Source of the DNA: Negaprion brevirostris | Lineage: Eukaryota | Assembly: GCA_030324005.1 (NCBI GenBank) | Contig: JARDVH010000059.1 | Coordinates: 76,044,092-76,108,091 of the forward strand | DNA length: 64,000 nt | Direction: 5' to 3' | Shown here: positions 63,154 through 64,000 of the stretch, piece after piece | Layout of the letters: each line of letters starts with the position of its first letter | Numbering within the stretch: position 1 is the first letter of the stretch | Position numbers and translations under genes: made by a program | The notes under the pieces: model-generated | Told to the model about the DNA's origin: nothing | The model's input: only the letters and a program-made list of their open reading frames with translations | The model's database searches: none

Positions 63154-64000
63154 CTGTAAAGAGAGAAATTATTATTTTATTCAAGCAACTGTCTAAATGA
63201 AGAAATGCTACTGTACTCAAATTCATTTGTTAGACCCATTATACAGATTGCTAGTCATAACATGCATCCAATAAAAACTGTTCTTAATTTTCATCTGTTT
63301 GAAGTCAAAATCCTTGTCTTTTGCTCCCATCCAATGTTGATTGGCAATGTTGTCCACCAGTTACTGCACTAAATCATAAGCAATGCATTTACCATGACAC
63401 GTGAAGATTAGGAATAAACTGAATAGTAGAGCTCTAATCTAACCTACGCGTTCAGAGACACAGGACCTGATATTTAGTTGGGAGGCAGTGGAGAAGAACA
63501 GCAGTTACGGGAAACCGTGGTCCTACAGAATTTAATGTCACACAACCTCACTTCTTTATTAAATTCCACTTCCCACCTGGTAGGCAGGCAAACTGACGAG
63601 CTCAAAGGAAAGATTGCAAGGGAAAAAGTTTGGGATCACTGCATTTTTTTTCCTCTTCTTGGTAAATATGAATTTTGAGGTTTAAGTAGAATTCTTTAAT
63701 CATTCATTTTTAAACATTCTTATAATACAGGTATCATCTGTTCAAAACATGTTCTAATAGTGTGTTTTCATTTTAGCAAAATAATGCCACCTCTATTGGC
63801 ATTTTAGTGCAGTTATACTGCTTGTCTGGTTGCACTACCTTTAAAAAAAAAAACACCTCTGCTTTCCTCCCCTAACCCTCCTGCTCACCTCTCCACATCC
63901 TTCTGTTCGCTGCTTCCCTGTCTCAACCCTCCTGCTTGCTGTTTCCCTCTCTTGAATTCACTGATTCCCACTCACCACCTTGCTTGATGTCCCTCTCTCC

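Noticed and set aside
1-64000. Prokaryotic systems (CRISPR arrays, operons, defence islands)
   Set aside because: Spliced vertebrate gene with eukaryotic retroposons. The 30- and 31-bp repeats are head-to-tail with no unique spacers.

Overview
This is vertebrate genomic DNA, not prokaryotic: AT-rich, repeat-rich, with many N gaps. The repeat content (HE1-type V-SINEs, CR1, Rex1/Babar, L2, Penelope remnants) points to a cartilaginous fish, probably a shark (inference). The window holds the 3' two-thirds of an EPB41L3 (protein 4.1B/DAL-1) gene on the minus strand. It runs from the FERM-adjacent exon (62978-63153) through the U2, spectrin-actin-binding, U3 and C-terminal-domain exons to the stop codon (9662-9664) and a non-coding last exon (about 5645-6874). 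Every exon I list has GT-AG ends, and from 58654 onward all coding junctions are phase 0. Most short ORFs in the track are noise or repeat fragments. Best leads: (1) a decayed retrovirus-like element with a foamy/loki-like integrase, a coding 30-bp repeat, a polypurine tract and a 3' LTR (35309-36915); (2) extra in-frame cassette exons, including a basic NLS-like 27-aa exon and two similar 105-bp exons; (3) a deeply conserved hydrophobic hairpin-like segment in 4.1B; (4) a hAT MITE resembling one I recall from turtles; (5) a TSD-flanked Penelope tail with a mutated hammerhead core; (6) V-SINEs that share a head but carry two different tails. Comparisons to known proteins and repeats are from memory, not from database searches. 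Repeat boundaries are approximate.
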